A DNA stretch of 64,000 bases from Candidatus Latescibacterota bacterium (GCA_965221775.1 CBDCSU010000005.1:1152001-1216000); one strand, 5' to 3'; positions 19,009 to 29,074 are shown, numbered from the stretch's first letter. The notes: a model not told the origin generated them from the letters alone. A program made the numbers and translations.

Positions 19009-20045
19009 GGACCTTCCGGCTGTGGGCGGGCGGGGATGCGCACGTGGGCACGGACTTGGCCCGCGGCCATCGCCGCAGCCTTGCGGAGGCGATCCTGCAA
19101 GCCGAGCGGGGCGGCGCCGAGGGCGGTCCCCCCTTCGAGTGGGACATCATGCTCGACATCGGGGACCTGTCGGGTTCGCAGACGCCGCCGGATGACGAGG
19201 AGGGGGAAGAGGTGGTGCGGCAGTACGGCGCGTCGACCCTGCATCCCAGGGAGGACTTCTACAACATCGTCGGCAACCACGACGCCAGCGGCCCGGACGA
19301 GCCGTGCCAGTGGTGGTTCCGCAAGTGGGTGGATCCCACCGGGGAGCACACCGGGCATTCAGGCGTTCACGCCCACCGGAGGCCCTGGCCGGTGGAGGGG
19401 ACCTGGGAGCGGTACTCCTTCCAGGTGGGGAACATCCTCTTCCTGGCCATGGGCGACCGCAACGACGGCGGGCCCCCGGTGGGGCGGGGCGAGAGAGGCG
19501 GGTACCCCGCGGGCGCGGTGACGCGGGAGACCTTCGAGTGGTGGCGAGAGAAGGTCGAGCAGAACCAGGACAAGATCATCGTGACCGCTCACCACCACAT
19601 GCTGAGGGAGACGACCGTCGCCTCCGGCCCCTGGGAGGGGGTCGACGGCGGCTACCACGGCCGCTTCGAGGACGGGGCCCCCATGGGCGCGTCGTATCTC
19701 CACTTTGTCGGGGGAGAGCCCGACGCGGGGGCCTTCGAGTCCTACCTAGAGGCGAACCCGGGCGCCATCGACCTCTGGCTGGGAGGGCATACCCACACGA
19801 ACCCGGACGACACACACGGCGGGCGGTCCCACGTGGAGCGGAAGTGGGGCGTGACCTTCGTGAATGTGTCAGCCATATCGAGATACCACGGACGGAGGAA
19901 CATCTCCATGAGCCGGCTGCTGACGTTTTCGGAAGGAGCGGCGGAGGTCGACATCAAGTGCTACCTCCACATGAGCGACTACGCGCCCCAGGGGTGGTAC
20001 GACAAGGCGGAGAGGACGGCGCCGCTGAGGATGCCGTTCTCATGA
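19005..20045 (+). CDS. Calcineurin-like metallophosphoesterase
   Basis: GDAH, IGD, GNHD, HHH and GHTH motifs; GTGA overlap with the upstream stop. Confidence 0.85.
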   Translation: MRTFRLWAGGDAHVGTDLARGHRRSLAEAILQAERGGAEGGPPFEWDIMLDIGDLSGSQTPPDDEEGEEVVRQYGASTLHPREDFYNIVGNHDASGPDEPCQWWFRKWVDPTGEHTGHSGVHAHRRPWPVEGTWERYSFQVGNILFLAMGDRNDGGPPVGRGERGGYPAGAVTRETFEWWREKVEQNQDKIIVTAHHHMLRETTVASGPWEGVDGGYHGRFEDGAPMGASYLHFVGGEPDAGAFESYLEANPGAIDLWLGGHTHTNPDDTHGGRSHVERKWGVTFVNVSAISRYHGRRNISMSRLLTFSEGAAEVDIKCYLHMSDYAPQGWYDKAERTAPLRMPFS

Positions 20046-21004
20046 CCTTCGAGATTGAAGGACGGGACAAGGTGGGGCCGATCCGGTTGGCCATCGACGC
20101 CGACAACCAGTTCGAGGGCGGGGGGCGGTGGCTCCGGGGCGGCCTGCACAGCCACGTGGCGCAGATGGGCGAACCGGAAGCGGTCTGCGACCACTATCGA
20201 GGATTGGGCTTCGACTTCCTCGCCACCACGGACTACCTCAGCATCACGCCCATGCCCGAGGCGACGGAGTCGTTCTTCACGATTCCGGGAGCGGAGGTGT
20301 TCTGGCCGGAATACGACGACCTGATGCACATCATCTGCCTCGGCCTGCAAGAGGTGCCGCGGCCCCTCGACGGCACGGTGGAGGACGTGGCCCGGCTGGC
20401 GCGCGACACCGAGGCGCAGGGCGGTCTGGCCACGCTCCCCCACCCGGCCTGGAGCGATTACACCTGGGAGAAGGCCCTCACCCTGGCCCGTTCCGGCCTA
20501 TCGGGTTTCGAGCTGAGCAACCGGCTGGCGTGGCAGATCAACGGCAAGGAGCGGGCCGAGGAGTTGTGGCAGATGCTCCTCAACGCCGGGGCCCGGCTGC
20601 CCGCCATCGGCGTGGACGATGCCACCGTGCTGGAGGACGCGGCGGTGACGGGACAGACCTGGACCGGCGCGCTGGTCCGCCGCCCCGGGGCGGAGGGAGT
20701 CCTGGAGGCGATCCGGGCCCACCGCACCTACGCCAGCGAGGGGCCGGAGATCCGCGGCATCCGCATGGAGCCGCGGGGAGCGATCGTCGTGGAGTGCAGT
20801 CCGTGCACGGCGTGCCACGTCCGTTCCATCGGTTTCGGGGTCCGCAGCGTCCAGTCGAAGACGCCGGCGGAGCGCTTCGAGGTCGATCTGACCGTGGACG
20901 GCTACCGCATGCAGGACTGGGTCTTCGTCTGCCTGGAGCAGGAGAACGGGCGCCGGGCCTGGAGCAGCGCCATCCCCGTCCGTGTAGAGATCACGCGTCT
21001 GTAG
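20042..21004 (+). CDS. PHP-fold (CehA/McbA-like) metallohydrolase
   Basis: ATGA overlap; WLRGGLHSH, GFDFLATTD, PGAE, PHP.WS, YASEGPEI, AWSSAI. Confidence 0.75.
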   Translation: MTFEIEGRDKVGPIRLAIDADNQFEGGGRWLRGGLHSHVAQMGEPEAVCDHYRGLGFDFLATTDYLSITPMPEATESFFTIPGAEVFWPEYDDLMHIICLGLQEVPRPLDGTVEDVARLARDTEAQGGLATLPHPAWSDYTWEKALTLARSGLSGFELSNRLAWQINGKERAEELWQMLLNAGARLPAIGVDDATVLEDAAVTGQTWTGALVRRPGAEGVLEAIRAHRTYASEGPEIRGIRMEPRGAIVVECSPCTACHVRSIGFGVRSVQSKTPAERFEVDLTVDGYRMQDWVFVCLEQENGRRAWSSAIPVRVEITRL

Positions 21005-21012
21005 GAGGAGCG

Positions 21013-21717
21013 ATGGTTGTCAACGTGGCCCACCGGGGGGCGTCGGGAAGCTACCCCGAGAACACGCTGCTCGCATTCCGGAAGGCGGTGGAGATCGGTG
21101 CCGACGAGATCGAGCTCGACCTCCACTCGACGAAGGACGGCCACCTGGTCGTCATGCACGATGGCACCGTGGATCGAACGACCGACGGCACGGGGGCGAT
21201 CGGAGAGATGACACTGGCCGAGATCAGGGCCCTCGATGCCGGGAAGGGCGAGCGTGTGCCCACGTGGGAGGAAGTGTTGGACCTCGTGCAAGGCAAGGTC
21301 GGACTGAATGTCCACCTGAAGGAGGGGGGCGATCCGGACGGCACCTACGAGGGCAAGGTCGCAGGGCCGCTGCGCGATTTCGGGATGGTGGAGAGTTCCG
21401 TCGTGACCTGCAGGGACGAGAGCGTGGGGATCTTCGCCGCGATCGACCCGCGGATCGAGTGCCGGATCTTCCGTGCCAACCGCACGCCGGAGGAGTACAT
21501 CCACAAGTCGGTGGAGATGGGGCTGCGGACGATGCAGCCGGGGCGGGACATCACGACCCGGGAGTTCGTCGAGAAGGCCCACGCGGCGGGACGGATGGTG
21601 CACGTCTTCTATGCAGACACCCCCGAGGACATGCGCGCCTTCATCGTCATCGGCGTCGACGGGATCCTGACGAACTACCCGGAGCGCCTGAAGGCGGTTC
21701 TGGCGGAGGCCGAGTAG
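21013..21717 (+). CDS. Glycerophosphodiester phosphodiesterase
   Basis: AGGAGGAG RBS; AHRGASGSYPENTL, IELDLHSTKDG.LVVMHD..VDRTT, GVDGILTNYP. Confidence 0.92.
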   Translation: MVVNVAHRGASGSYPENTLLAFRKAVEIGADEIELDLHSTKDGHLVVMHDGTVDRTTDGTGAIGEMTLAEIRALDAGKGERVPTWEEVLDLVQGKVGLNVHLKEGGDPDGTYEGKVAGPLRDFGMVESSVVTCRDESVGIFAAIDPRIECRIFRANRTPEEYIHKSVEMGLRTMQPGRDITTREFVEKAHAAGRMVHVFYADTPEDMRAFIVIGVDGILTNYPERLKAVLAEAE

Positions 21718-21725
21718 CCGATCCC

Positions 21726-22769
21726 TTATCTCACCAGCTGCCAACCCGAGGCGTCAGCGGTCAGCGCGGTGTGCCCCTTGTGCTGGTCGGAGATCCGGTG
21801 CATCTCCTCGATCGTGTCGAACCAGCCGACGATGTGCGCGGCACTGAAGGAGTCCCCCGCCTTCACCGGCTCTCCGTGAATCTCCTCGATCATGACGATG
21901 ATGCCTCCGGGCCGCTGGCTGCACCAGGCCTCGTAGACCACCGATGGCTCGAGGGTCATCCCCGCCAGCCAGGGACCCTGCTCGCCCGTCCGCTTGTCCC
22001 GCGGTCGGTAGGCGCGGATGAAGTGCTCCGGCGTCGCGTTCAGGTCCCGCCGATAGCCGAACTTCAGGTCCGGCGGAAAGGGGGTGAGGAACTCGCTGGA
22101 GGGGATGCGCACTCCCTTGGGGCCGCCCAGGTAGCTGAGGAAGATCTCGCTGAAGGAATCCCCCTTCTCGTGGCGGACACAGCCCGGCATGTCCCCGCGG
22201 AGGAACATCTCCGGCGAGTCGTTGACGCTGTCGATCCGGTCCATGAGGACGAAGAACCGCTCCCCCCGGGGGAAGACGATCCGCTGCGTCCAGCGCGATC
22301 CGGCCTGGCGTCCGGGGGCGGCGTACTCGAACCGGTACGTGGTGGTGACCGCCACGAAGTCCGCCCCCTGGATCACCTCCGGCTGGACGGGCTTCATCCG
22401 GTGGCAGAGCTGCGGCCCCTCGACCATGCGCTTGCGGTGGCTGCTGCCGTGAGACATGCGGGTGTAGTACCGCCGCTCCGGGTCGGTCTCGTTCTCGTAC
22501 CACGAGTACCGGCCCACACCCTCCCCGTCCGGCGCGACCACCCGGTCGCCGTACTCCTCGTCGCTGCCCGCTTCCATCAGCCAGTCGACGACCATCAGGC
22601 CATCGCCGATCTCCCGGAAACCGGTGGCCTTGTCGAGGAACGATCCCTTCTCGATTCCGGTCATCCAGTGCCCGGGGTCTTTCTTCGGGATGACCGCCTC
22701 GAGTCTGTCGGTCTCGACCTTGATGGCGAGATCGCTCTCTTCCACGCTCGCCCATGCGGTCTGCTGCAT
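21726..22769 (-). CDS. Hypothetical protein
   Basis: 347-aa ORF with GGAGGAG RBS and strong codon bias; no motif recognised. Confidence 0.75.
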   Translation of the reverse strand: MQQTAWASVEESDLAIKVETDRLEAVIPKKDPGHWMTGIEKGSFLDKATGFREIGDGLMVVDWLMEAGSDEEYGDRVVAPDGEGVGRYSWYENETDPERRYYTRMSHGSSHRKRMVEGPQLCHRMKPVQPEVIQGADFVAVTTTYRFEYAAPGRQAGSRWTQRIVFPRGERFFVLMDRIDSVNDSPEMFLRGDMPGCVRHEKGDSFSEIFLSYLGGPKGVRIPSSEFLTPFPPDLKFGYRRDLNATPEHFIRAYRPRDKRTGEQGPWLAGMTLEPSVVYEAWCSQRPGGIIVMIEEIHGEPVKAGDSFSAAHIVGWFDTIEEMHRISDQHKGHTALTADASGWQLVR

Positions 22770-22782
22770 TGACTACTCCTCC

Positions 22783-24723
22783 ATGAGTGGCTTCACGATT
22801 CCTTGCCTCGCGGCGCTGCTGCTCCTGGCCCCCGGCGCCACCCCGGGCTGGGAGTGGTCCTCGTACGCCGCCGACCCCGCCAGCACCCGCTTCGCGCCCC
22901 TGTCGCAGATCGACGGCGGCAACTTCCACCAGCTGCGGGAGGCCTGGCGGTACACGGCGCCCGACCTGGCGATCTCCGAGGCCGAGGGCTTCGGGCCGTG
23001 GTGGAACAAGGGCACCCCCCTGGTGGCCGACGGCGTCCTCTACTACGGCTCCCCCTTCAACGTACTCTGCGCCGTCGACCCGGCCAGCGGCCAGGAGCTG
23101 TGGACCTTCGACCCCCGGGCCTGGGAGGACGAGGGCTACAGGGGCACCTCCCGGGGAGTCGCGTACTGGCGCAGCGGCTCGCTGAAGCGGGTGTTCTACG
23201 GCACCGCCAGCGACCGCCTCTACTCGATCGACGCCGGGACCGGCCGACCCGACACGGCCTTCGGCGAGGGCGGCTTCGTCGACCTGGGGGAAGGCCTGCG
23301 GCGCCCCATCGACCGCGAGCGCTACTGCGTCACCTCCCCGCCCATCGTCTGTCGCGGCGTGGTGGTGGTCGGCGCCGGCATCGTCGACTGGCACGGTGAG
23401 CCCCCCGAGGAGTACTCCACCCCGGGCGACGTGCGCGGCTTCGACGCCCGCACCGGCGAGCAACTCTGGGTCTTCCACACGGTGCCGCAGGACGGAGAGG
23501 ACGGCAACGAGACCTGGGAGAACGAGGCCTGGCGGAACTTCGGGCAGGCCAACGTGTGGTCGGCCATGAGCGCCGACGAGGAGCTGGGCTACGTCTACCT
23601 GCCGACGAGCGCGGCGACCCACAACTACTACGGCGGCGACCGCCCCGGGGCCAACCTCTTCAGCCAGAGCCTGGTCTGCGTGAAGGCCGCTACCGGGGAA
23701 CGCGTCTGGCACTACCAGTTCGTGCACCACGGCCTCTGGAACTACGACCTGTCGGCGCCGCCGGTGCTGGCCGACATCACGGTCGACGGCCGCACGGTCA
23801 AGGCCCTGGCTCAGGTGAGCAAGCAGGCCTTCTGCTACGTCCTCGACCGCACCACGGGGGAGCCGGTCTGGCCCATCGAGGAGCGCCCGGTGCCGGTGTC
23901 GAAGGCCCCGGGCGAGAGGAGCTGGCCCACCCAGCCTTTCCCCACGAGGCCGGCGCCCTACGACCGCCAGGGCCTGCAGGAGGAGGATCTCATCGACTTC
24001 ACCCCGGAGCTGAGGCGCCAGGCCCTGGACCATCTCCGCCGGTTCGAGCACGGGCCCCTGTTCACCCCGCCCACCGAGTGGGGCACTCTGGTCCTGCCCG
24101 GCACCCAGGGCGCCACCGACTGGAACGGAGCGGCCCTGGTGCCGGGAGCGAACGTGCTCTACGTGCCCTCACGCACCGAGCCCGACGTCGTCTGGGTGGA
24201 GAAGGTGGGGATTCTGGACGCCATCATGGATTGGTCCCGCGCCTCGGACTACGCCAGCTTCAAGCGCGACTACCCCTTCGTCGACGGCCTGCCCTTGGTG
24301 AAGCCTCCCTACGGCCGCGTCACCGCCATCGACCTCGACACCGGCGAGCACCTCTGGATGAGCCCGGTGGGCCGCGGCCCCGTCAACCATCCGGCCCTGC
24401 GCGGCCTCGACCTGCCGCCCCTCGGCTGGTTCGACCGCAGCTTTCCCCTGGCCACGGAGACGGTGCTGGTCCTGGCCACCGGGTGGGCTCGCGGGCTGAC
24501 ACACCCGGGCGCCGAGGCCTTCGTCGACCTGGGGCCCCGCCTGCGCGCCTTCGACCTGGAGACGGGAGCGGTCCTGGCGGAGGTGAGGCTCCGCGACCAA
24601 CCCGGGGGGAACCCCATCAGCTACGTGGTGGACGGCCGCCAGTACCTGGTCATCCCCATCAACAGCGACGACTCCTGGGCGCCGCAGTTGCTGGCCCTGG
24701 CGCTGCCGGAGGCCGGACCGTGA
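22783..24723 (+). CDS. PQQ-dependent glucose/quinate dehydrogenase-family protein, copy 1
   Basis: Signal peptide MSGFTIPCLAALLLLA; TPLVADGVLY, SRGVAYW, GDVRGFDARTG, ANVWSAMSADEELG, KPPYGRVTAIDLDTG, PISYVVDGRQY. Confidence 0.9.
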   Translation: MSGFTIPCLAALLLLAPGATPGWEWSSYAADPASTRFAPLSQIDGGNFHQLREAWRYTAPDLAISEAEGFGPWWNKGTPLVADGVLYYGSPFNVLCAVDPASGQELWTFDPRAWEDEGYRGTSRGVAYWRSGSLKRVFYGTASDRLYSIDAGTGRPDTAFGEGGFVDLGEGLRRPIDRERYCVTSPPIVCRGVVVVGAGIVDWHGEPPEEYSTPGDVRGFDARTGEQLWVFHTVPQDGEDGNETWENEAWRNFGQANVWSAMSADEELGYVYLPTSAATHNYYGGDRPGANLFSQSLVCVKAATGERVWHYQFVHHGLWNYDLSAPPVLADITVDGRTVKALAQVSKQAFCYVLDRTTGEPVWPIEERPVPVSKAPGERSWPTQPFPTRPAPYDRQGLQEEDLIDFTPELRRQALDHLRRFEHGPLFTPPTEWGTLVLPGTQGATDWNGAALVPGANVLYVPSRTEPDVVWVEKVGILDAIMDWSRASDYASFKRDYPFVDGLPLVKPPYGRVTAIDLDTGEHLWMSPVGRGPVNHPALRGLDLPPLGWFDRSFPLATETVLVLATGWARGLTHPGAEAFVDLGPRLRAFDLETGAVLAEVRLRDQPGGNPISYVVDGRQYLVIPINSDDSWAPQLLALALPEAGP

Positions 24724-26627
24724 GTGCCTTCAGGATACCTTGCCTTGCGGCGCTGCTGCTCCTGGCCGCCTGCGCCGCCCCGGGCTGGGAGTGGTCCTCG
24801 TACGCCGCCGACCCCGCCAGCACCCGCTTCGCGCCCCTGTCGCAGATCGACGGCGGCAACTTCCACCAGTTGCGGGAGGCCTGGCGGTACACCGCGCCCG
24901 ACAAGGCGATCGCCGCGGCCGAGGGCCTCGGGACCTACGCCAACAAGGGCAGCCCCCTCGTCGCCGACGGAGTGCTCTACTACGGGTCCCCCTTCAACGT
25001 GCTCTGCGCCGTCGATCCGGCCAGCGGCGAGGAGCTGTGGACCTTCGACCCCCGGGCCTGGGAGGCCGGGGGCTTCCGCGGCACCTCCCGGGGAGTCGCG
25101 TACTGGCGCAGCGGCCCGGTGAAGCGGCTGTTCTACGGCACCGCCAGCGACCGCCTCTACTCCATCGACGCCGAGACCGGCCGGCCCGACACGGCCTTCG
25201 GCGAGGGCGGCTTCGTCGACCTGGGCGAGGGCCTGCGGCGGCCCATCGACCGCGAGCGCTACTGCGTCACCTCGCCGCCCATCGTCTGCCGCGGCGTGGT
25301 GGTGGTCGGCGCCGGCATCGCCGACTGGCACGCCGAGCCCCCCGAGGAGTACTCCACCCCGGGCGACGTGCGCGGCTTCGACGCCCGCACCGGCGAGCAG
25401 CTGTGGGTCTTCCACACGGTGCCGCAGGAGGGCGAGGACGGCAACGAGACCTGGGAGAACGACGCCTGGCGCACCTTCGGGAACGCCAACGTGTGGTCGG
25501 CCATGAGCGCCGACGAGGAGCTGGGCTACGTCTACCTGCCGACGAGCGCGACGACCCACAACTACTACGGCGGCGACCGCCCCGGGGCCAACCTCTTCAG
25601 CCAGAGCCTGGTCTGCGTGAAGGCCGCCACCGGGGAGCGCGTGTGGCATTACCAGTTCGTGCACCACGGCCTGTGGAACTACGACCTGTCGGCGCCGCCG
25701 GTGCTGGCCGACATCAGGGTGGACGGCCGCACGGTCAAGGCCCTGGCCCAAGTGAGCAAGCAGGCCTTCTGCTATGTCCTCGACCGCACCACCGGGGAGC
25801 CGGTCTGGCCGATCGAGGAGAGTCCGGTGCCGGCGTCCGGGGTCCCGGGGGAACGGAGCTGGCCTACCCAGCCCTTCCCCACGAGGCCGGCGCCCTACGA
25901 CCGCCAGGGCCTGCAGGAGGAGGACCTCATCGACTTCACCCCCGAGCTGAGGCGCAAGGCCCTGGACCGTCTCCGCCGGTTCGACCACGGGCCCCTGTAC
26001 ACGCCCCCCAGCGAGCGGGGCGCGCTGGTCCTGCCCGGGGCCCAGGGAGCCGCGGACTGGAACGGTCCGGCCCTGGTGCCGGGGACCAACGTGCTCTACG
26101 TGGCCTCGCGCACCGAACCCGACGTCGTCTGGTTGGAGCAGGCGGGGGCCCCGGGGGAGTACGGCAGCTTCACGAGGGGCGATGTGTACGTCGACGGCCT
26201 GCCCCTGGTGAAGCCCCCCTACGGCCGCGTCACCGCCATCGACCTCGACACCGGCGAGCACCTGTGGATGAGCCCCGTGGGCCGCGGCCCCGTCAACCAT
26301 CCGGCCCTGCGCGGACTCGACCTGCCGCCACTGGGCTGGTTCGACCGCAGCTTCCCGCTGGCCACCGAGACGGTGCTGATCCTGGCCACCGGGATGCCTC
26401 GCTCGCTGCCCCCGGGAGCCGAGGCCTTCGTCGACCTGGGAGCCTGCCTGCGCGCCTTCGACCTGGAGACGGGAGCGGTCCTGGCGGAGGTGAAGCTCCG
26501 GGACCAGCCCGAGGGGAGCCCCGTCAGCTACATGGTCGACGGCCGCCAGTACCTGGTCGTCCCCGTCAACGGCGCCCCCGGAGCGCCGCAGCTGCTGGCC
26601 CTGGCGCTGCCGGAGGACGGATCGTGA
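24720..26627 (+). CDS. PQQ-dependent glucose/quinate dehydrogenase-family protein, copy 2 (tandem duplicate)
   Basis: GTG at 24720 overlaps the stop of copy 1; long near-identical DNA tracts shared with copy 1. Confidence 0.9.
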   Translation: MSAFRIPCLAALLLLAACAAPGWEWSSYAADPASTRFAPLSQIDGGNFHQLREAWRYTAPDKAIAAAEGLGTYANKGSPLVADGVLYYGSPFNVLCAVDPASGEELWTFDPRAWEAGGFRGTSRGVAYWRSGPVKRLFYGTASDRLYSIDAETGRPDTAFGEGGFVDLGEGLRRPIDRERYCVTSPPIVCRGVVVVGAGIADWHAEPPEEYSTPGDVRGFDARTGEQLWVFHTVPQEGEDGNETWENDAWRTFGNANVWSAMSADEELGYVYLPTSATTHNYYGGDRPGANLFSQSLVCVKAATGERVWHYQFVHHGLWNYDLSAPPVLADIRVDGRTVKALAQVSKQAFCYVLDRTTGEPVWPIEESPVPASGVPGERSWPTQPFPTRPAPYDRQGLQEEDLIDFTPELRRKALDRLRRFDHGPLYTPPSERGALVLPGAQGAADWNGPALVPGTNVLYVASRTEPDVVWLEQAGAPGEYGSFTRGDVYVDGLPLVKPPYGRVTAIDLDTGEHLWMSPVGRGPVNHPALRGLDLPPLGWFDRSFPLATETVLILATGMPRSLPPGAEAFVDLGACLRAFDLETGAVLAEVKLRDQPEGSPVSYMVDGRQYLVVPVNGAPGAPQLLALALPEDGS

Positions 26628-26691
26628 TCGAGGCGCCTCGACCGGACCGCTCCCTTGCTCTAGGGTGAGGAGGCAGTGGGGCACCCTGAAA

Positions 26692-26875
26692 CCGCCGAGC
26701 CCTGCCGCCCGAGAAGGCGCCCCATGAGATTCGTCGCCTGCCTGCCTGACCGCGAAGGTCCCCCATGGGATTCGCCGCCGCCGAGCCCCGCCGCCCGGGA
26801 AGGCTCCCCATGCGACTGGCGCCCGCCGCGCCTCTCTGCCCGAGAAGGTCCCCCATGAGACTGAGATTCGCCGCC
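26692..26875 (+). repeat. Four imperfect tandem copies (41-45 bp) of a GAAGG-n-CCCCATG RBS/start unit
   Basis: ATGs at 26724, 26765, 26810 and 26855, each preceded by GAAGGnnCCCC. Confidence 0.8.
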
Positions 26876-29074
26876 ATCGCCCTGTGGATCGCCGCCCTCT
26901 GCGGACCGGCCGCCGCCGGGACCACCCTGATCGACGGCCGGCAGCCCCTCGCCGCCGTGGTGCTGCCGCCGCACCCCCACGAGGACGAGGAGCTGGCCGC
27001 GCTCGAGCTGCGGGAGCACCTGCGGCGCATGAGCGGGGTCGAGCTTCCCCTGGTGGAGGGCCGTGCGCCCGATGGCCTGGTGCCGGTGCGCCTCGGCCTG
27101 GAGCTGCGCCCGGAGTCCGAGCAAGTCATCCGGACCCGCAGCGACGACCGGGCCGCCTTCCTCCTGGAGGTGACGGCTGAAGGGGTGACCCTGGCCGGGC
27201 TCACGCCCGAGGGAACCCTGTTCGCCGCCTACGAGCTGCTGGAGCAGCTCGGCTGCCGCTGGTACATGCCCGGAGAGCTGGGCACGGTGGTGCCCCGCCG
27301 GACGAGGGTGACCGCCGCGGCGCAGCGGACCGTGCGCTTCCCCTCCTTCGCCGCCCGCAACCTGCAGGCGGTGACGCGGGCCCTGCCCTGGTACCGCCGG
27401 CAGCGCCTCGGCGGCGACTGGTTCCCCGGGGCCCACGGCATCCCCCTCGAGCCGCCGGCCGCGCTGGAGACCGAGCCCGAGCTGTTCGCCCTGGTGGACG
27501 GGAGGCGGGTCTCGGGCCAGCTCTGCGTCGGCCATCCCGAGGTCGTGCGGCGGGCCACGGCCGCCGTCATCGCCTACTTCGAGGAGCACCCGGAGCGGCC
27601 CTGGGTCGGGCTGGGCCCCGACGACGGCCGGGGGTTCTGCGAGGACGAGCGCTGCCGCGCCCTCGACGGCGGCGAGTGGGACCCCCACGCGGCCGGCCCG
27701 TCGATGACCGACCGCTACGTCTGGCTCTTCAACCGGATCCTCGAGGGCATGGAGGAGCGCTTCCCCGACAAGAGGATCGGCTTCTACGCCTACGACTCGT
27801 ACAAGCTGCCGCCGCGCCGGGTGAAGCCCGACCCCCGCATCGTGCCCGCCTTCGCGCCGATCACCCTGTGCCGCCTCCACGGGCTGGACAACCCCGTCTG
27901 CCCCGACCGCTCCTTCTACAAGAGCCTGATGCGGCGCTGGGGGGAGCTGGTGCCGGAGGTCTTCGAGCGCGGCTACTACTTCAACCTCGCCGACCCCGGC
28001 TTCCCCTTCAGCAAGGTCCACGCCCTGCGCCAGGAGACGCCCTTCGCCCACGCCGCCGGCATCAGCGGCTGGCGCGTCGAGTGCATGCCGGCGTGGTCGG
28101 CGCACACCCCCACCCTCTACGTGGCGGCGCGGCTCATGTGGGACGTCGACACCGACGTGGACGCGCTGTTGCGGGAGTTCTACTCCGCCTTCTTCGGGCC
28201 CGCCGCCGAGCCCATGGGCGCCTACCTCGGCAGCATCGACCACGCCTACCGCGACACCGACTGCCACGCCGGCAGCAGCCACTGCCTGCCCCGCGTCTTC
28301 GACGACGACTGGCGCGGCAGGGCCGCCGGCCTGCTGGCCGAGGCCGCGGCTCTGGCGGAGGGCGCCGACGCCGAGCGGGTGCGCATCTACGCCCTCGCCC
28401 ACGCCCGCCTGGAGGCGTTCCTCGCCATGCTGGCGTCGCGCGACGCCTTCGACTTCGCCGCCGCCCACGAGCATCTGCTACAGGTGCGGGCCCTCACCGA
28501 TACCATGCTCGCCTACCCCCTGGCCGAGAACGCCCACCTGCTGTGGCCGCGCATCGCCCACTCCTACCTCGACCGCTTCTGGAGCCCCGCCGTGGAGCAG
28601 GCCCACGAGCGCGCCGTGGAGCGCGGAGAGCTGGTGGCCCCCCTGCCCGAGGTCTGGGACTTCCTCATCGATCCCGCCGGCGTCGGCGAGAGCCTGGGCT
28701 GGTTCCGCGAGGGGGAGATCGGCGGCAACTGGCAACCGCTGCGCACCAGCACCGCCAGCTGGAGCGAGCAGGGTCTGCACTACTACAAGGGAGCGGCCTG
28801 GTACCGGACGCAGGTCGAGGTGCCGGCCGCTTCGGTCGGCCGGCGGATCCACCTCTTCTTCGGGAGCGTCGACGAGCAGGCGCGGGTGTGGGTGAACGGC
28901 CGGCTGCTCGGCGACAGCCCGGGCCGCAGCTTCCTGCCCTTCGAGTTCGACGCCACCGCCGCCCTGCGGCCGGGCGCCAACACCGTGGCCGTGCGGATAG
29001 TCAACGTGGAGCTGAACGAGATCGGCACCGGCGGGATCACGGCGCCAGTGATGCTGTGGTCGCCGACGGAGTGA
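26855..29074 (+). CDS. Secreted DUF4838-type glycoside hydrolase-like protein with C-terminal GH2-like sugar-binding domain
   Basis: Signal MRLRFAAIALWIAALCGPAAA; GTLFAAYELLEQLGCRWYMP, QLCVGHPEV, FCEDERC, YVAARLMWD; GAAWYRT, FGSVDEQARVWVNG, LRPGANTVAVRI. Confidence 0.8.
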   Translation: MRLRFAAIALWIAALCGPAAAGTTLIDGRQPLAAVVLPPHPHEDEELAALELREHLRRMSGVELPLVEGRAPDGLVPVRLGLELRPESEQVIRTRSDDRAAFLLEVTAEGVTLAGLTPEGTLFAAYELLEQLGCRWYMPGELGTVVPRRTRVTAAAQRTVRFPSFAARNLQAVTRALPWYRRQRLGGDWFPGAHGIPLEPPAALETEPELFALVDGRRVSGQLCVGHPEVVRRATAAVIAYFEEHPERPWVGLGPDDGRGFCEDERCRALDGGEWDPHAAGPSMTDRYVWLFNRILEGMEERFPDKRIGFYAYDSYKLPPRRVKPDPRIVPAFAPITLCRLHGLDNPVCPDRSFYKSLMRRWGELVPEVFERGYYFNLADPGFPFSKVHALRQETPFAHAAGISGWRVECMPAWSAHTPTLYVAARLMWDVDTDVDALLREFYSAFFGPAAEPMGAYLGSIDHAYRDTDCHAGSSHCLPRVFDDDWRGRAAGLLAEAAALAEGADAERVRIYALAHARLEAFLAMLASRDAFDFAAAHEHLLQVRALTDTMLAYPLAENAHLLWPRIAHSYLDRFWSPAVEQAHERAVERGELVAPLPEVWDFLIDPAGVGESLGWFREGEIGGNWQPLRTSTASWSEQGLHYYKGAAWYRTQVEVPAASVGRRIHLFFGSVDEQARVWVNGRLLGDSPGRSFLPFEFDATAALRPGANTVAVRIVNVELNEIGTGGITAPVMLWSPTE

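Noticed and set aside
26692-26875. Possible CRISPR mini-array
   Set aside because: Repeats are short and degenerate, the intervening parts resemble each other, the period is too short, and no cas genes are present.
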